This document shows, in pieces, positions 26,995-41,502 of a DNA stretch of 64,000 bases. Within the stretch, counting starts at the first letter, position 1. Each line of letters starts with the position of its first letter. The notes beneath the pieces are model-generated. The model saw nothing but the letters and a program-made list of their open reading frames with translations. It did not search any database and was not told where the DNA came from. Source of the DNA: Eledone cirrhosa. Taxonomy: Eukaryota. The stretch covers positions 56,048,001 through 56,112,000 of the forward strand of contig OZ024749.1 in NCBI GenBank assembly GCA_964016885.1, written 5' to 3'. Position numbers and translations under genes: made by a program.

Positions 26995-27054
<60 letters not shown>

Positions 27055-28074
27055 AACCAACTCAAGATACTTCACTACAAATATGAATCCATAGTAGAGA
27101 GTGTATGTCTTGTACCTAGATAGCGTACTTTAGCATTGCTGGAAATATCATATATAAATAGCATATATGGTAGCATAAACTTGATAGTAAGAATCAAAAG
27201 CTGTGAAATTATAAATATAAGGATGAACCGGTTAGCCCTGAAAGAACCATATATATTATATATTATATATATGAGTACAGATGTTTATGTATATATATGT
27301 ATATTATATATAATTTGTGTGCGTGTGTGTTCTACTGCCACATCACTTCATCAAAGACATATAGTAGCACTTGTTTGCGATCAAGAGACGGCAGAAGAGC
27401 CTTTAGATGGAAAAGCCTGTTAATTTAGCCATTCAACCATTACGTCCTTACTCAGCAGAGTAGAAGAGCTATAAAATTATCTTTGATACATTTTAAAACA
27501 AATAATTTAGATGCAAAGAATCTGGTAGAGGTTGTAGAGGTTGTAAAGACCCGCCTATCTCATTAGTGGAATAGACATAACCACATAAGATTGTGTTTCA
27601 TATGACACTTGGTCATACAGCGCATCAAAAAGAAACTATTAGACAGCGAGGACTTTTTTTTTTTGTTTGTTTGAAAAACTTACACATCAAAAAATAAGTT
27701 GACTTCTGAAGTGAGTTGATAAAAAGATATATATTTCCAGAAGAGTGACGGAATTTCCCAACATTTCTGGTTGATCTGTTGGAGAAGTTGAAACTAACTT
27801 GGCCATCAGCCGTGGCGTCAATCCAACAGAAGGTTTCCCTCTATCTTCTCTTTGTACACAGCTTTAACTATTTGTCTCCGTCGCCAATGCTGCTCTGAAT
27901 CACAAAAACAAAAACCCTCTCTTCTCTCCTCTCCTTATTTCTATCTCTGTTTCTTTCTGTTCCTTCCTCTCTCTCTCTCTCTATCTATCATCTTTCTGCC
28001 CCCCCCCCCCCCCCTCTCTCTCTAAATATATATATATATCGCATCTCTCCCTGTCTGTCTTTATCTATTTATTT

Positions 28075-28138
<64 letters not shown>

Positions 28139-29094
28139 CTAATAGTCTGTCTGTCTGTCTGACAGTCAGTTTGTGGTTATTCTCTGGTAACCTTGAACTG
28201 TGGTTGTTTTGTTTGTATTTTATCTTTAGTAGTTGTTGTTGTTATTTAAGGGTGGTCTCTTGTACAAGATGACAAGCTCTGATGTTTTAATTTACCTGGA
28301 ACACTTCCAGTCCACTACACCCTCAGTCCACGATCAATTTCTATGAAGCGACAACAATCTTGCCTCTTCTAAAGAGGTTCTGGTGATGATGGTAGTGGTG
28401 GTAGTGGTGGTGGTAGTGGTGGTGGTGGTGGTGGTAGTGGTGGTTGTGGTGATGATGATGGTGGTGGTGGTGGTGGTGGTTGTGGTGGTTGTGGTGATGG
28501 TGGTGGTGGTGGTGGTGGTTGTGGTGGTTGTGGTGATGATGATAGTGGTGGTGGTGGTGGTAGTGGTGGTTGTGGTGATGATGGTGGTAGTGGTGGTGGT
28601 GGTGGTAGTGGTGGTTGTGGTGGTGGTGGTGGTGGTAGTGGTGGTTGTGGTGGTGGTAGTGGTGGTTGTGGTGATGATGATAGTGGTAGTGGTGGTGGTG
28701 GTGGTAGTGGTGGTTGTGGTGATGATGATGGTGGTAGTGGTGGACTTAAAGGTGATGAAGTTAGTGCTGATTTTGGTGGTGAAAATGAATGTGATGGTTG
28801 TAGTGGTGTTGACGATGATGATGGTGGAGGTGGTGATGGTGGTCGTGATGATGGTGATGGTGATGTTAGTGCTAGTGGTGATGGTAGAGGTGGTGACAGT
28901 GGAGATGGAACTTAAATCTATTTGTTCTAATATTACCAGTTTGTCATTTCACTGTGTTTACATGTATAAGCTTTTACAAACATTCGACTCTTTTGACACG
29001 TCTACCGAACAGAGAGAGAGGAAGAGAGAGAGTGAGTGAGTGAGAGAGAGACAGAAAGAGAGAGAGAGGAGGGAGAGGAGAGAGAGACTCGATG

Positions 29095-29225
29095 GATCTG
29101 TTAAGTGTAAACCGTGTGAAAATATTTCATCTAGATCCTTCTGCGTGATCAGCTTAGTCTCAAAGAGTCGCCAATTGGCTTTCTTCCAAACCATTTCATG
29201 ATTGACCACAGTGGTCCTTGTCACT
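29095..29225 (-). mobile_element. Possible LINE ORF2 linker fragment
   Basis: Minus frame VWKKANWRLFETKL resembles the KKANW..F motif that follows the APE endonuclease in non-LTR elements; short and isolated between GA repeats. Confidence 0.35.
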
Positions 29226-30221
29226 CCCCTCTCTCTTACCTCTCTCTCTACTCTCTCACCTCTCTCTACTCTCTCACCTCTCTCTCTACTCTCTCTCTCT
29301 CTCTCTCTCTGCCTTGATGTCATCGCTGTAATAAATTGCACAGATGTTTAATGCCGCTCTTGTTTGATTCTGCCTCCATTTGCTGTTACTTCTACTGGTT
29401 GTTGTTGTCGTTGTTGTTGTTGTTGTTCCTAATGTTGTTGTCATTGTTGTTATTGATGTTGTTGTTGCTGTTTTATGTAATTTGACTTAAAATACTGTCT
29501 TAAATAAAACAGTGTCTCTTAACATCTTTTTGATATTGTATGTTTTTCTTTCCCACCTCTTTCAACCTCTCACACTTCATCCAAACCTCTCTCCATCCTT
29601 CCCTTTTTGCCTCTCTTTCCCTTTCGCTCTCTCCCTACATCAGTCACTCTTTCCGTCCCCATCTCCATTTCTGGGTGGAGGTGGTTTAGCAATTAGCTAG
29701 TTCCAAGGGGGAAGTGAGGTCATTTTAGTAGCGACACAATGTATGGAGAATGAAAGAACTAGATAGCTAGATAGATAAATAGATAGATAAAGAGAGAGAG
29801 AGAGAGAGAGAAAAGGTGGAGGGAGAGAAAGGGCTAGAGAGAGAGCTAGATAAAGGTGTAGGGAGAGAAAGGGAGAGAAGAAGAGAGAGAAAGCATCTGT
29901 GGACCAGAAATGTGTTTGGTGATTCCATTCGCTTTCTAAGCACTCTAAGATGTTTCCGTTTAACTACAACACCAACCACAGAACCATTAAAGCAAGCCAA
30001 TACAATCTGTTTCGGGGCTTGGTTATGTTAATGCCATTTGTACCTATTTGGGGATAAATGCATGACTGACACAACATCACATTTCATTCAATCCCTTCCG
30101 CTCTACAAGAACAGGAAAACTTTCCTTTACGAACAAAAACAGAATCAAAGAAAATAAAATAAAATATAAAGTTATAGAAATGAATCCAAAACAACAGGAA
30201 AAATGAAATAAAATACAAAAA

Positions 30222-30268
<47 letters not shown>

Positions 30269-30306
30269 CATGTGTGTGTGTGTGTATGTATGTGTGTGCA
30301 CGTGTG

Positions 30307-30337
<31 letters not shown>

Positions 30338-30408
30338 ATATATATATGTATGTGTGTGTACATATATATATAGGTACGTATGTATGTATATATATATATG
30401 TACGTATG

Positions 30409-30443
<35 letters not shown>

Positions 30444-30774
30444 GTATGTATGTATATATATATATATATATATCTATGTATGTATGTATGTATATGTACG
30501 TATGTATGTATGTATATGTATGTATGTATATATATATATGTATGTATGTATATATATATATGTATGTATGTATATATATATATGTATGTATGTATGTATG
30601 TATATATGTATGTATGTATGTATATATATATGTATATATATGTGTATGTATGTATATGTATGTATGTATGTATATATATATATATGTGTATGTATGTGTA
30701 TGTATGTATGTATATATATATATATATATGTATGTATATATATATGTATGTATATATGTATATATGTATGTATG

Positions 30775-30805
<31 letters not shown>

Positions 30806-31075
30806 ATGTATGTATGTATGTATGTATATGTATGTATGTATATGTATGTATGTATGTATGTATATGTATGTATGTATATATATGTATATGTATGTATATA
30901 TATGTATATGTATGTATATATATATGTATTTATATATATATATATATATGTATATGTATGTATATATATATGTATGTATATATATATATATATGTATATG
31001 TATGTATATATATATGTATGTATATATATATACATACATATACATATATATATATATATACATACATGGGATACA

Positions 31076-31672
31076 TGTGCTACTGGTAACATGTATCCCA
31101 GTACAACCTGTCTCATGGTCGGGTCGTTGGCGACTAAACTGGCAACCCCATCAAGGTTTCTTGGTGAGGAGGGTGACTTTGGACATCCTGCAGGACTAAA
31201 AACAAAACCTGTCAAAGGGCAAAGGAGCTCTTAAGTGTCAATGGCCATCCAAAATCACTGGGAGAGATGACCCCTTAGCCTTTGTCAAGGCAGAATTCTA
31301 GGAGAAGGAAAACTCTGATATAACACCTGCAACCCTGATGGTATCCAATGATGTTGACTAGTTCTTCTTTTTGGTAAATATCATCTTGGTTAAGAGAGTG
31401 GGACTGGCTTTGTGCAGTGCCTTTGCTCACTATAAAAGCTTCACGGCACAGGCATTGCTTTATATCTGGAGATCTCTCCGCACTTGTCGTCACATGGTAC
31501 CATGGGCCCAACACTATGTGTCAATAGTTGTCACAAGTGTAGTGTTTGTACCAGAGTTTTCAAGTCGCTGGCTGGACTAAAAAGTCACACTCGTTCAGCG
31601 CATCGGTAGGGGTTCTCCTACATGGATATAAAGTAGTGGTCGTACTCGAAAACGAGTTGGCAGCCACCATGT
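31076..31672 (+). mobile_element. Non-autonomous bipartite RTE-derived retroposon (5' UTR fused to ORF2 C-terminus and 3' end)
   Basis: RTE-type 5' UTR motif CTAGGAGAAGGAAAACTCTGA (31298-31319); terminal C2H2 finger [23 protein letters not shown] (31538-31609); 3' hairpin ACTCG-AAAA-CGAGT (31644-31657); tail runs into (ATGT/AT)n; no RT sequence between the two parts. Confidence 0.7.
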
Positions 31673-32113
31673 ATATATATATGTATGTATATATATATGT
31701 ATGTATATATATATGTATGTATATATATATGTATGTATATATATATGTATGTATATATATATGTATGTATGTATATATATATATGTATGTATGTATATAT
31801 ATATGTATGTATGTATATATGTATGTATGTATATATGTATGTATGTATGTATATATATATGTATGTATGTATATATGTATGTATGTATGTATATATATAT
31901 GTATGTATGTATATATATATGTATGTATGTATATATATATGTATGTATGTATATATGTATGTATGTATATATATATGTATGTATGTATATATATATGTAT
32001 GTATATATATATATATGTATGTATATATATATATATATGTATGTATATATATATATATATATATGTATGTATATATATATATATATGTATGTGTATATAT
32101 ATATATATGTATG

Positions 32114-32172
<59 letters not shown>

Positions 32173-32191
32173 ATATATATATATATGTATG

Positions 32192-32287
<96 letters not shown>

Positions 32288-32679
32288 TATATATATATGT
32301 ATGTATATATGTATGTATATATATATATGTATGTATATATATATATGTATGTATATATATATATGTATGTATATATATATATGTATGTATATATATATAT
32401 GTATATATATGTATATATGTATGTATATATATATATGTATATATATGTATATATGTATGTATATATATATATGTATGTATATATATATATGTATGTATAT
32501 ATATATATGTATGTATGTATATATATATATATATATGTATGTATATATATATATATGTATGTATATATATATATATATGTATGTATATATATATATATGT
32601 ATGTATGTATGTATATGTATATATATATATATATGTATGTATGTATATATATATATGTATGTATATATATATATATATG

Positions 32680-32724
<45 letters not shown>

Positions 32725-33033
32725 ATATATATATGTATATATATGTATGTATATATATATATGTATGTATATATATATATATGTATATATATGTATGTAT
32801 ATATATATATATATATGTATGTATATATATATGTATATATATGTATGTATATATATATATATATGTATGTATATATATATGTATATATATGTATGTATAT
32901 ATATATATATGTATGTATATATATATGTATATATATGTATGTATATATATATATATATGTATGTATATATATATATATATATATGTATGTATATATATAT
33001 ATATATGTATATATATGTATGTATATATATATG

Positions 33034-33064
<31 letters not shown>

Positions 33065-33123
33065 ATATATATATATATATGTATATATATGTATGTATAT
33101 ATATATATATATGTATATATATG

Positions 33124-33166
<43 letters not shown>

Positions 33167-33311
33167 ATATATATATATATGTATATGTATGTATATATAT
33201 ATATATATGTATATGTATGTATATATATATATATATGTATGTATATGTATGTATATATGTATATATATGTATGTATATGTATGTATATATATATATATAT
33301 GTATATATATG

Positions 33312-33377
<66 letters not shown>

Positions 33378-33487
33378 TATATATATATATGTATATATGT
33401 ATAGATATATGTATGTGTATATATGTATAGATATATGTATGTATATATATGTATATATATATGTATGTATATATATATATATATATA

Positions 33488-35047
33488 TTAAAAATCAAGC
33501 ATAATTCAGCAGTAGGTCCCGATAGGTTCCCTGCTTGTGTCTTGAAGGCGTGTCAACACCAACTTGCTTCTCCTCTTGCCAATCTGTGGCGGAACTCACT
33601 GGATGCTGGATATGTGCCAGAAAACCTTCTATCCCAGTCTGTTGTCCCAGTTTTCAAAAAGGGAAACAAATCCCTTGCCGTGAATTACCGTCCAATCTCA
33701 CTCACCTCTCATATCATTAAGGTATTTGAGCGAGTGGTGAGATCGCGAATGACCCACTTCCTTGAGAGTAACAATATGCTGAACTCCAACCAGCATGGAT
33801 TCCGTAATGGAAGGGATTGCCTGACGCAACTACTGCATCACTTTGATGACATTTTGAGAGCCTTGGGAGAGGGTTCCAACACTGATGTTATCTACCTTGA
33901 TTTCAGCAAGGCCTTTGACAGGGTTGATCATAACATTCTACTGAGAAAGCTGTCCAATATTGGTGTCACTGGAAAGCTGCTGCAGTGGATCAAGAGCTTC
34001 CTGTCAAACAGAACCCAACATGTTGTAGTTGAGGGAGTCAAATCAAGCCCAGCCAAAGTCAGTAGTGGAGTCCCACAAGGCACTGTGTTGGGCCCACTTC
34101 TCTTCATCATCTATATTAATGACATCACTGACATCATCAAACACAGCAACATTAAAATTTTCGCTGATGATTCCAAGCTCCAAAAGGTCATCAATGGCGT
34201 GGATGACCGGATAAGCCTTCAGTCAGACCTACTGGCTGTTACCCAATGGGCAGAAAAGAACAACATGTTACTGAACGAAGATAAATTCGAACTGATCCAC
34301 TTTGGAAAAGAGGATGCTCTGAAACTCCCGTACTCCCTTCCCTCCGGGGAAACTCTCGTGGCATCTAACAACATCAGAGACTTGGGAGTAACCGTGGACA
34401 GCAACATAAGCTGGACCACGCATATAAGCAGCAAAGTTGACATGGCCCGCAGAATGTGTTCCTGGATCCTCAGAACCTTCCAGTCGAGAGATTCCCGCAC
34501 CATTATCCTTCTCTTCTCTACTTTCGCCCGACCACACCTTGAATACTGTTGTCCACTGTGGTCTCCCCACACGAAACAAAGTATCATGAAACTTGAAGCT
34601 CCTCAAAGGGCAATCACGAAAAAGATAGATGGCATGTCAGACCTTGACTACTGGGGTCGATTGGAAAACCTGAAACTTTACTCACTCCAACGTCGCCGTG
34701 AGCGTTATATTATCTGCATGATGTGGAAAATGTTCCATCATCACTGCCCAAATGATGTTGGCATCGCCTTCAAGATACACCCAAGGCTTGGGCCCCGTGC
34801 TATCCGTCCCATTCAAAAATCTAAATCGCAACTCATAACAACAATACGGCACAATTATTTCACCTCAATCGGCCCTGCTCTCTTCAACATCACACCAGGA
34901 CACGTCAAAACAGAAACTGACCACACAAAATTCAAGAAGTCTTTGGACAAATTCCTCCAAGTAATCCCGGACAAACCACCCACACCCGGATATGTCTCCG
35001 CAAACAGTAATTCTCTTCTCGAATGGGCCATGGTGCCCAAATCCTGA
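33488..35047 (+). CDS. Non-LTR retrotransposon ORF2 (reverse transcriptase plus C-terminal region), 5'-truncated, no endonuclease; CR1-group LINE
   Basis: Uninterrupted frame of ~519 codons with [50 protein letters not shown], catalytic FADD (34160-34171), DLGVTVD and C-terminal [11 protein letters not shown]...PDKPPTPGY. The ORF-track Met at 33449 is microsatellite, not a real start. Confidence 0.95.
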   Translation, partial: LKIKHNSAVGPDRFPACVLKACQHQLASPLANLWRNSLDAGYVPENLLSQSVVPVFKKGNKSLAVNYRPISLTSHIIKVFERVVRSRMTHFLESNNMLNSNQHGFRNGRDCLTQLLHHFDDILRALGEGSNTDVIYLDFSKAFDRVDHNILLRKLSNIGVTGKLLQWIKSFLSNRTQHVVVEGVKSSPAKVSSGVPQGTVLGPLLFIIYINDITDIIKHSNIKIFADDSKLQKVINGVDDRISLQSDLLAVTQWAEKNNMLLNEDKFELIHFGKEDALKLPYSLPSGETLVASNNIRDLGVTVDSNISWTTHISSKVDMARRMCSWILRTFQSRDSRTIILLFSTFARPHLEYCCPLWSPHTKQSIMKLEAPQRAITKKIDGMSDLDYWGRLENLKLYSLQRRRERYIICMMWKMFHHHCPNDVGIAFKIHPRLGPRAIRPIQKSKSQLITTIRHNYFTSIGPALFNITPGHVKTETDHTKFKKSLDKFLQVIPDKPPTPGYVSANSNSLLEWAMVPKS

Positions 35048-35135
35048 ATTGAAAGACTTCGCCAGGTGGTGCTATTAAGTTAGACATGGCCTGGGCCAAT
35101 ACTGGCCAAAACATTTCAAAGTTATTATTCAAAGT
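33488..35135 (+). mobile_element. 5'-truncated CR1-like LINE insertion with short 3' UTR
   Basis: RT ORF followed by an ~88 nt 3' UTR with a GGCCA-ATAC-TGGCC stem-loop and a repeated TTCAAAGT terminus. Both flanks are the same (TA/TATG)n array. Confidence 0.9.
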
Positions 35136-35146
35136 ATATATGTATG

Positions 35147-35207
<61 letters not shown>

Positions 35208-35246
35208 ATATATATGTATGTATATATATGTATATATATATGTATG

Positions 35247-35279
<33 letters not shown>

Positions 35280-35284
35280 GTATG

Positions 35285-35322
<38 letters not shown>

Positions 35323-35402
35323 TGTATATATATATATATATATATGTATGTATATATATATATATGTATGTATATATATGTATATATATATATATATGTA
35401 TG

Positions 35403-35435
<33 letters not shown>

Positions 35436-35462
35436 GTATGTATATATATATATATATGTATG

Positions 35463-35495
<33 letters not shown>

Positions 35496-35644
35496 GTATG
35501 TATATATATATATATATGTATGTATGTATGTATGTATATATATATATATATGTATATGTATGTATATATGTATGTATATGTATATGTATGTATATATGTA
35601 TGTATGTATATATATATATATATATGTATGTATATGTATGTATG

Positions 35645-35677
<33 letters not shown>

Positions 35678-35714
35678 GTATGTATATGTATGTATGTATG
35701 TATATGTATGTATG

Positions 35715-35747
<33 letters not shown>

Positions 35748-35868
35748 GTATATATATGTATGTATGTATATATATATGTATGTATGTATATGTATGTATG
35801 TATATGTATATGTATGTATATATGTATGTATGTATATGTATATGTATGTATATATGTATGTATGTATG

Positions 35869-35899
<31 letters not shown>

Positions 35900-35920
35900 G
35901 TATGTATGTATATATATATG

Positions 35921-35967
<47 letters not shown>

Positions 35968-36085
35968 GTATGTATGTATATATATATATATATATATGTA
36001 GATATATATGTAGATATATATATATATATGTAGATATATATATATATATATGTAGATATAAATGTAGATATATATATATATATGT

Positions 36086-36130
<45 letters not shown>

Positions 36131-36151
36131 GATATATATATATATATATAT

Positions 36152-36228
<77 letters not shown>

Positions 36229-36253
36229 GATATATATATGTGGATATATATGT

Positions 36254-36330
<77 letters not shown>

Positions 36331-36413
36331 GATATATATATATATATATATATGTAGATATATATATATATATATATATGTAGATATATATATATATATA
36401 TATATATATGTAG

Positions 36414-36454
<41 letters not shown>

Positions 36455-36455
36455 G

Positions 36456-36498
<43 letters not shown>

Positions 36499-36606
36499 GA
36501 TATATATATATATATATATATATATGTAGATATATATATATATATATATGTAGATATACATATATATATATATATGTAGATATATATATATATATATATA
36601 TGTAGA

Positions 36607-36654
<48 letters not shown>

Positions 36655-36707
36655 GATATATATATATATATATATATGTAGATATATATATATATATATA
36701 TATGTAG

Positions 36708-36757
<50 letters not shown>

Positions 36758-36827
36758 GTAGATATATATATATATATATATATATGTAGATATATATATA
36801 TATATATATATATGTAGATATATGTAG

Positions 36828-36881
<54 letters not shown>

Positions 36882-37495
36882 GTATATATATATATGTATA
36901 TATATATATGTATGTATATATATGTATATATATATATGTATATATATATATGTATGTATATATATGTATATATATATATGTATGTATATATATATATATA
37001 TGTATGTATATATATATATGTATGTATATATATATATGTATGTATATATATATATGTATGTATATATATATATGTATGTATATATATATATGTATGTATA
37101 TATATATATGTATGTATATATATATATGTATGTATATATATATATGTATGTATATATATATATGTATGTATATATATATATGTATGTATATATATATATG
37201 TATGTATGTATATATATATATGTATGTATATATATATATGTATGTATATATATATATGTATGTATGTATATATATATATATGTATGTATATATATATATA
37301 TGTATGTATATATATATATGTATGTATATATATATATGTATGTATATATATATATGTATGTATATATATATATATATGTATGTATATATGTATATATATA
37401 TATATATGTATGTATATATATATATATATATCTATGTATATATATATATATATATATATATGTAGATATATATATATATATATATATATATGTAG

Positions 37496-37560
<65 letters not shown>

Positions 37561-37711
37561 GATATATATATATATATATATGTAGATATATATATATATA
37601 TATATATATGTAGATATATATATATATATATATATGTAGATATATATATGTAGATATATATATATATATATATATGTAGATATATATATGTAGATATATA
37701 TATATATATGT

Positions 37712-37760
<49 letters not shown>

Positions 37761-37809
37761 GATATATATATATATATATGTAGATATATATATATATATA
37801 TATATGTAG

Positions 37810-37886
<77 letters not shown>

Positions 37887-37887
37887 G

Positions 37888-37930
<43 letters not shown>

Positions 37931-37933
37931 TGT

Positions 37934-37972
<39 letters not shown>

Positions 37973-37973
37973 G

Positions 37974-38004
<31 letters not shown>

Positions 38005-38005
38005 G

Positions 38006-38078
<73 letters not shown>

Positions 38079-38226
38079 GATATATATATATATATATATA
38101 TGTAGATATATATATATATATGTAGATATATATATATATATATATATGTAGATATATATATATATATGTAGATATATATATATATATATGTAGATATATA
38201 TATATATATATATATATCTACATATA

Positions 38227-38287
<61 letters not shown>

Positions 38288-38706
38288 ATATATATGTATG
38301 TGTGTATGAAAGAGAGAAAGAAAGAGACGAAGTATTCCACTATAGACCTGAAGCCAGAATGTGAGGCAATATTTCGGTAAACTAAAACCCGTTGGTTTCC
38401 TTAACGAGTTTAACCAGCCGTTAGCTAGCTTCAACTATTTAATTTTACCCTGATTTATTCTGCTTCGCTTGTTTAGTAATCAGATAACTTTGCATAATTG
38501 ATGAACAAAAAACACAACAAAACCACCCCAAAACAACTAACAAAAACAAAACAAAACAAAACAAATAAAACTAAATAAGAAATATATATAATATAAGAAA
38601 TATACACACATAAAAACATATACACGTGTGTATATACATAAGAAATATATACACATAAAAACAAACAAAAAAAGAAAGGTAAAGAAATGGAAGATAAATG
38701 TAAATA

Positions 38707-38788
38707 TACAGGATGTCCCAAAACATGTATACACACTTCAACAACAAAGTAATCAAAATGTGTATATATTTTTGGGGGACACCCTGTA
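38707..38788. mobile_element. Tc1/mariner-type palindromic MITE (~82 bp)
   Basis: TA-CAGGATGTCCCAAAACATGTATACACA...TGTGTATATATTTTTGGGGGACACCCTG-TA: imperfect TIRs with TA target duplication. Confidence 0.8.
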
Positions 38789-39114
38789 TATATATATATA
38801 GTATGACAAACAAAACTATAACAGACTTGGTAAATACCCATAAAAAACTACTACTACTACCACCACCGCCTCCCTCACACCTCTACTACTACTATTACTA
38901 CCACCACCACCGCCTCCCTTACACCACCACCACCTCCCTTACACCACCACCACCACCGCCTCCCTTACACCACCACCACGGCTACTACTACTGCTACTAC
39001 TACTATTTATACTACTACAACTACTTTTAGTATGCTTTAAAGAAAAAAAAAAGGTATGTAATGTTGAGTGTATGGGTGAAATTTCGGTGGGGAGTTATAT
39101 CTCCTCCCTGAGGC

Positions 39115-39432
39115 AAGTAGACTTCTATATAGAGAGAGATGGTTTGTTGTGTGATAGGGAAGTAGACTCCTATATAGAGAGAGGTGGTTTGTTGTGTGAT
39201 AGGGAAGTAGACTCCTATATAGAGAGAGATGGTTTGTTGTGTGATAGGGAAGTAGACTCCTATATATATAGAGAGAGGTGGTTTGTTGTGTGATAGGGAA
39301 GTAGACTCCTATATAGAGAGAGGTGGTTTGTTGTGTGATAGGGAAGTAGACTCCTATATATATAGAGAGAGATGGTTTGTTGTGTGATAGGGAAGTAGAC
39401 TCCTATATATAGAGAGATGGTTTGTTGTGTGG
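39115..39432. repeat. ~45-51 bp minisatellite with variable internal TA/GA, ~7 copies
   Basis: GATAGGGAAGTAGACTCC(TA)n(GA)nTGGTTTGTTGTGT. Confidence 0.93.
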
Positions 39433-39585
39433 ATTCAAAGAAAGACCCTCTGGCAAAGAAACAGTTACTTTATATTATATATAATATAGACATGATATAT
39501 ATATACTTTTGCACTTATGTATACTTTAAATATGCATATATACATGCATACATACATAAATATATGTATGTATATATATGATATG

Positions 39586-39653
<68 letters not shown>

Positions 39654-39972
39654 TATGTCTACATGGTCTATCATGTCTCTCTCTCCACATATTTCATGTT
39701 TCATTGTAAGACTATATATTTCTATGTTGATCTTAAAACAGAATCTCTCACACACATCGTCTTTGTTGTTCTTGTTATTCTTGTTGTTATTCTATTTGTT
39801 TTGTTGGGGGGGCTGTAGTTTTTATTTTTACCCCCTCCCCTTCTTTCTCCCTCCCCCTTCTTTCTCTCTTCACCTAGTCCCACAGTTCTCGCCCCCTTCT
39901 ATCTATCTCTGTGGATAAGAATGGTTATTTCTCCTCCTCCTCCACATCATCATCACCGTCGTCGTTCCCTCG

Positions 39973-40092
39973 CTCCCTCCACCCTTCCAGTTCATCCACC
40001 GCCTCCCTCCACCCTTCCAGTTCATCCACCGCCTCCCTCCACCCTTCCAGTTCATCCACCGCCTCCCTCCACCCTTCCAGTTCATCCACCGC
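39973..40092. repeat. 30-bp repeat x4
   Basis: CTCCCTCCACCCTTCCAGTTCATCCACCGC. Confidence 0.95.
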
Positions 40093-40787
40093 TTCTCTCT
40101 CACTTTAGAAGACAACAATACTTACTAATATATATAAATATATATCCAATAGATCAATAAATAAATAAATAAATAAATAAATATATATATATAAAAACTA
40201 GAGAAAGTTTGGTGACACAATAAGGTTGTAAAAAGGTGTATATAGCCGGCAGGTAAAGAGTGCATGTAAGGCTAGCTTCTCTCCTTAATAGAACATGGCA
40301 TTTGGGCAAAAAGGAGGAGGCCATTGAAATATGGTCGCCAGCAGTCATCAACATGAATCACTCATCATACACGTTCGAAGAAAAGACGACCGTCATTCTT
40401 GTTTAGACTTAGTTCACGATTATCTCCCCTCTTTTTCCTTTTCTCCACTATTTTCTTTTACCGCCATTGCTTAATGCCCCGTTAAAACGACCCCCACCCC
40501 CACTTAAACTGCTTGTTCAATCATGGCCCTTTGCTCTTTTTTTTTTTTAAATGTCTTTCTTAGGCTTCACCCTATTTGTATCCCGAGGCATAGGTTGAAG
40601 GCCCTGCCTCCACATCAGTTCTACACACTCATACATACACCACACCAGTTCCATATACACACACCACCCACACACACACACCAGTTCTATATACACATAC
40701 CACATACACACACCACATACACACATTAAGCGAAATGAAATTGGAGAATACATCAAAGTACATGCATTAAAACATACACATAGGCTT

Positions 40788-40835
<48 letters not shown>

Positions 40836-41111
40836 GTGAACTCACGCTAAGGCATGTTAACTCTGTGGTTATACAATTAGAAGGCAACATATACAAAAAG
40901 AGAATAGTGTGTCTCTCTATCTATCTCTCTTTACCTACCTACCTATCTATCTCTCTCTACCTACCTATCTATCTCTCTCTACCTACCTACCTATCTATCT
41001 CTCTCTACCTACCTACCCATCTCTCTCTCTCTACCTACCTACCTATCTCTCTCTATCTATCTATCTCTACCTTCCAACCTATCTATCTATCTCTCTCTAC
41101 CTACCAACCTG

Positions 41112-41164
<53 letters not shown>

Positions 41165-41444
41165 GCTAGCCATGTATCTTGTACATGATTGCCCACCCCT
41201 CCAACACACACATGTTTATGTACAGAACAATGGAGAACAATTAGAAAGAAAATCAATCATTGATATACCTTTGTGAGTGTGTGTTGTCTGATTATGTGTG
41301 TGTATGTGTGTGTTGTCTGATTGTGTGTGTGTGTGTGTTTGTTGTCTGATTGTGTGTGTGTTTATGCCGATCTGTCTCTATGTATGTTCATGCTTCTTGT
41401 TTTGATTTTAATATTGCTCAATATAGAACGCACATGCACATATT

Positions 41445-41502
<58 letters not shown>

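Larger units (their letters stand above)
30222..38290. repeat. ~8 kb compound (TA)n/TATG/TAGA microsatellite domain interrupted by two retroposons
   Basis: Arrays at 30222-31067, 31670-33487 and 35135-38290. Confidence 0.97.

Noticed and set aside
27740-27915. Possible minus-strand exon after an acceptor-like TTTGTGATTCAG (similar case at 47880-47965)
   Set aside because: Stops in all three frames before a plausible donor.
31502-31609. C2H2 zinc finger as part of a host ZNF gene (a family expanded in octopus)
   Set aside because: Single finger with no TGEKP linker, embedded between an RTE 5' UTR motif and an RTE-type 3' hairpin and tail.
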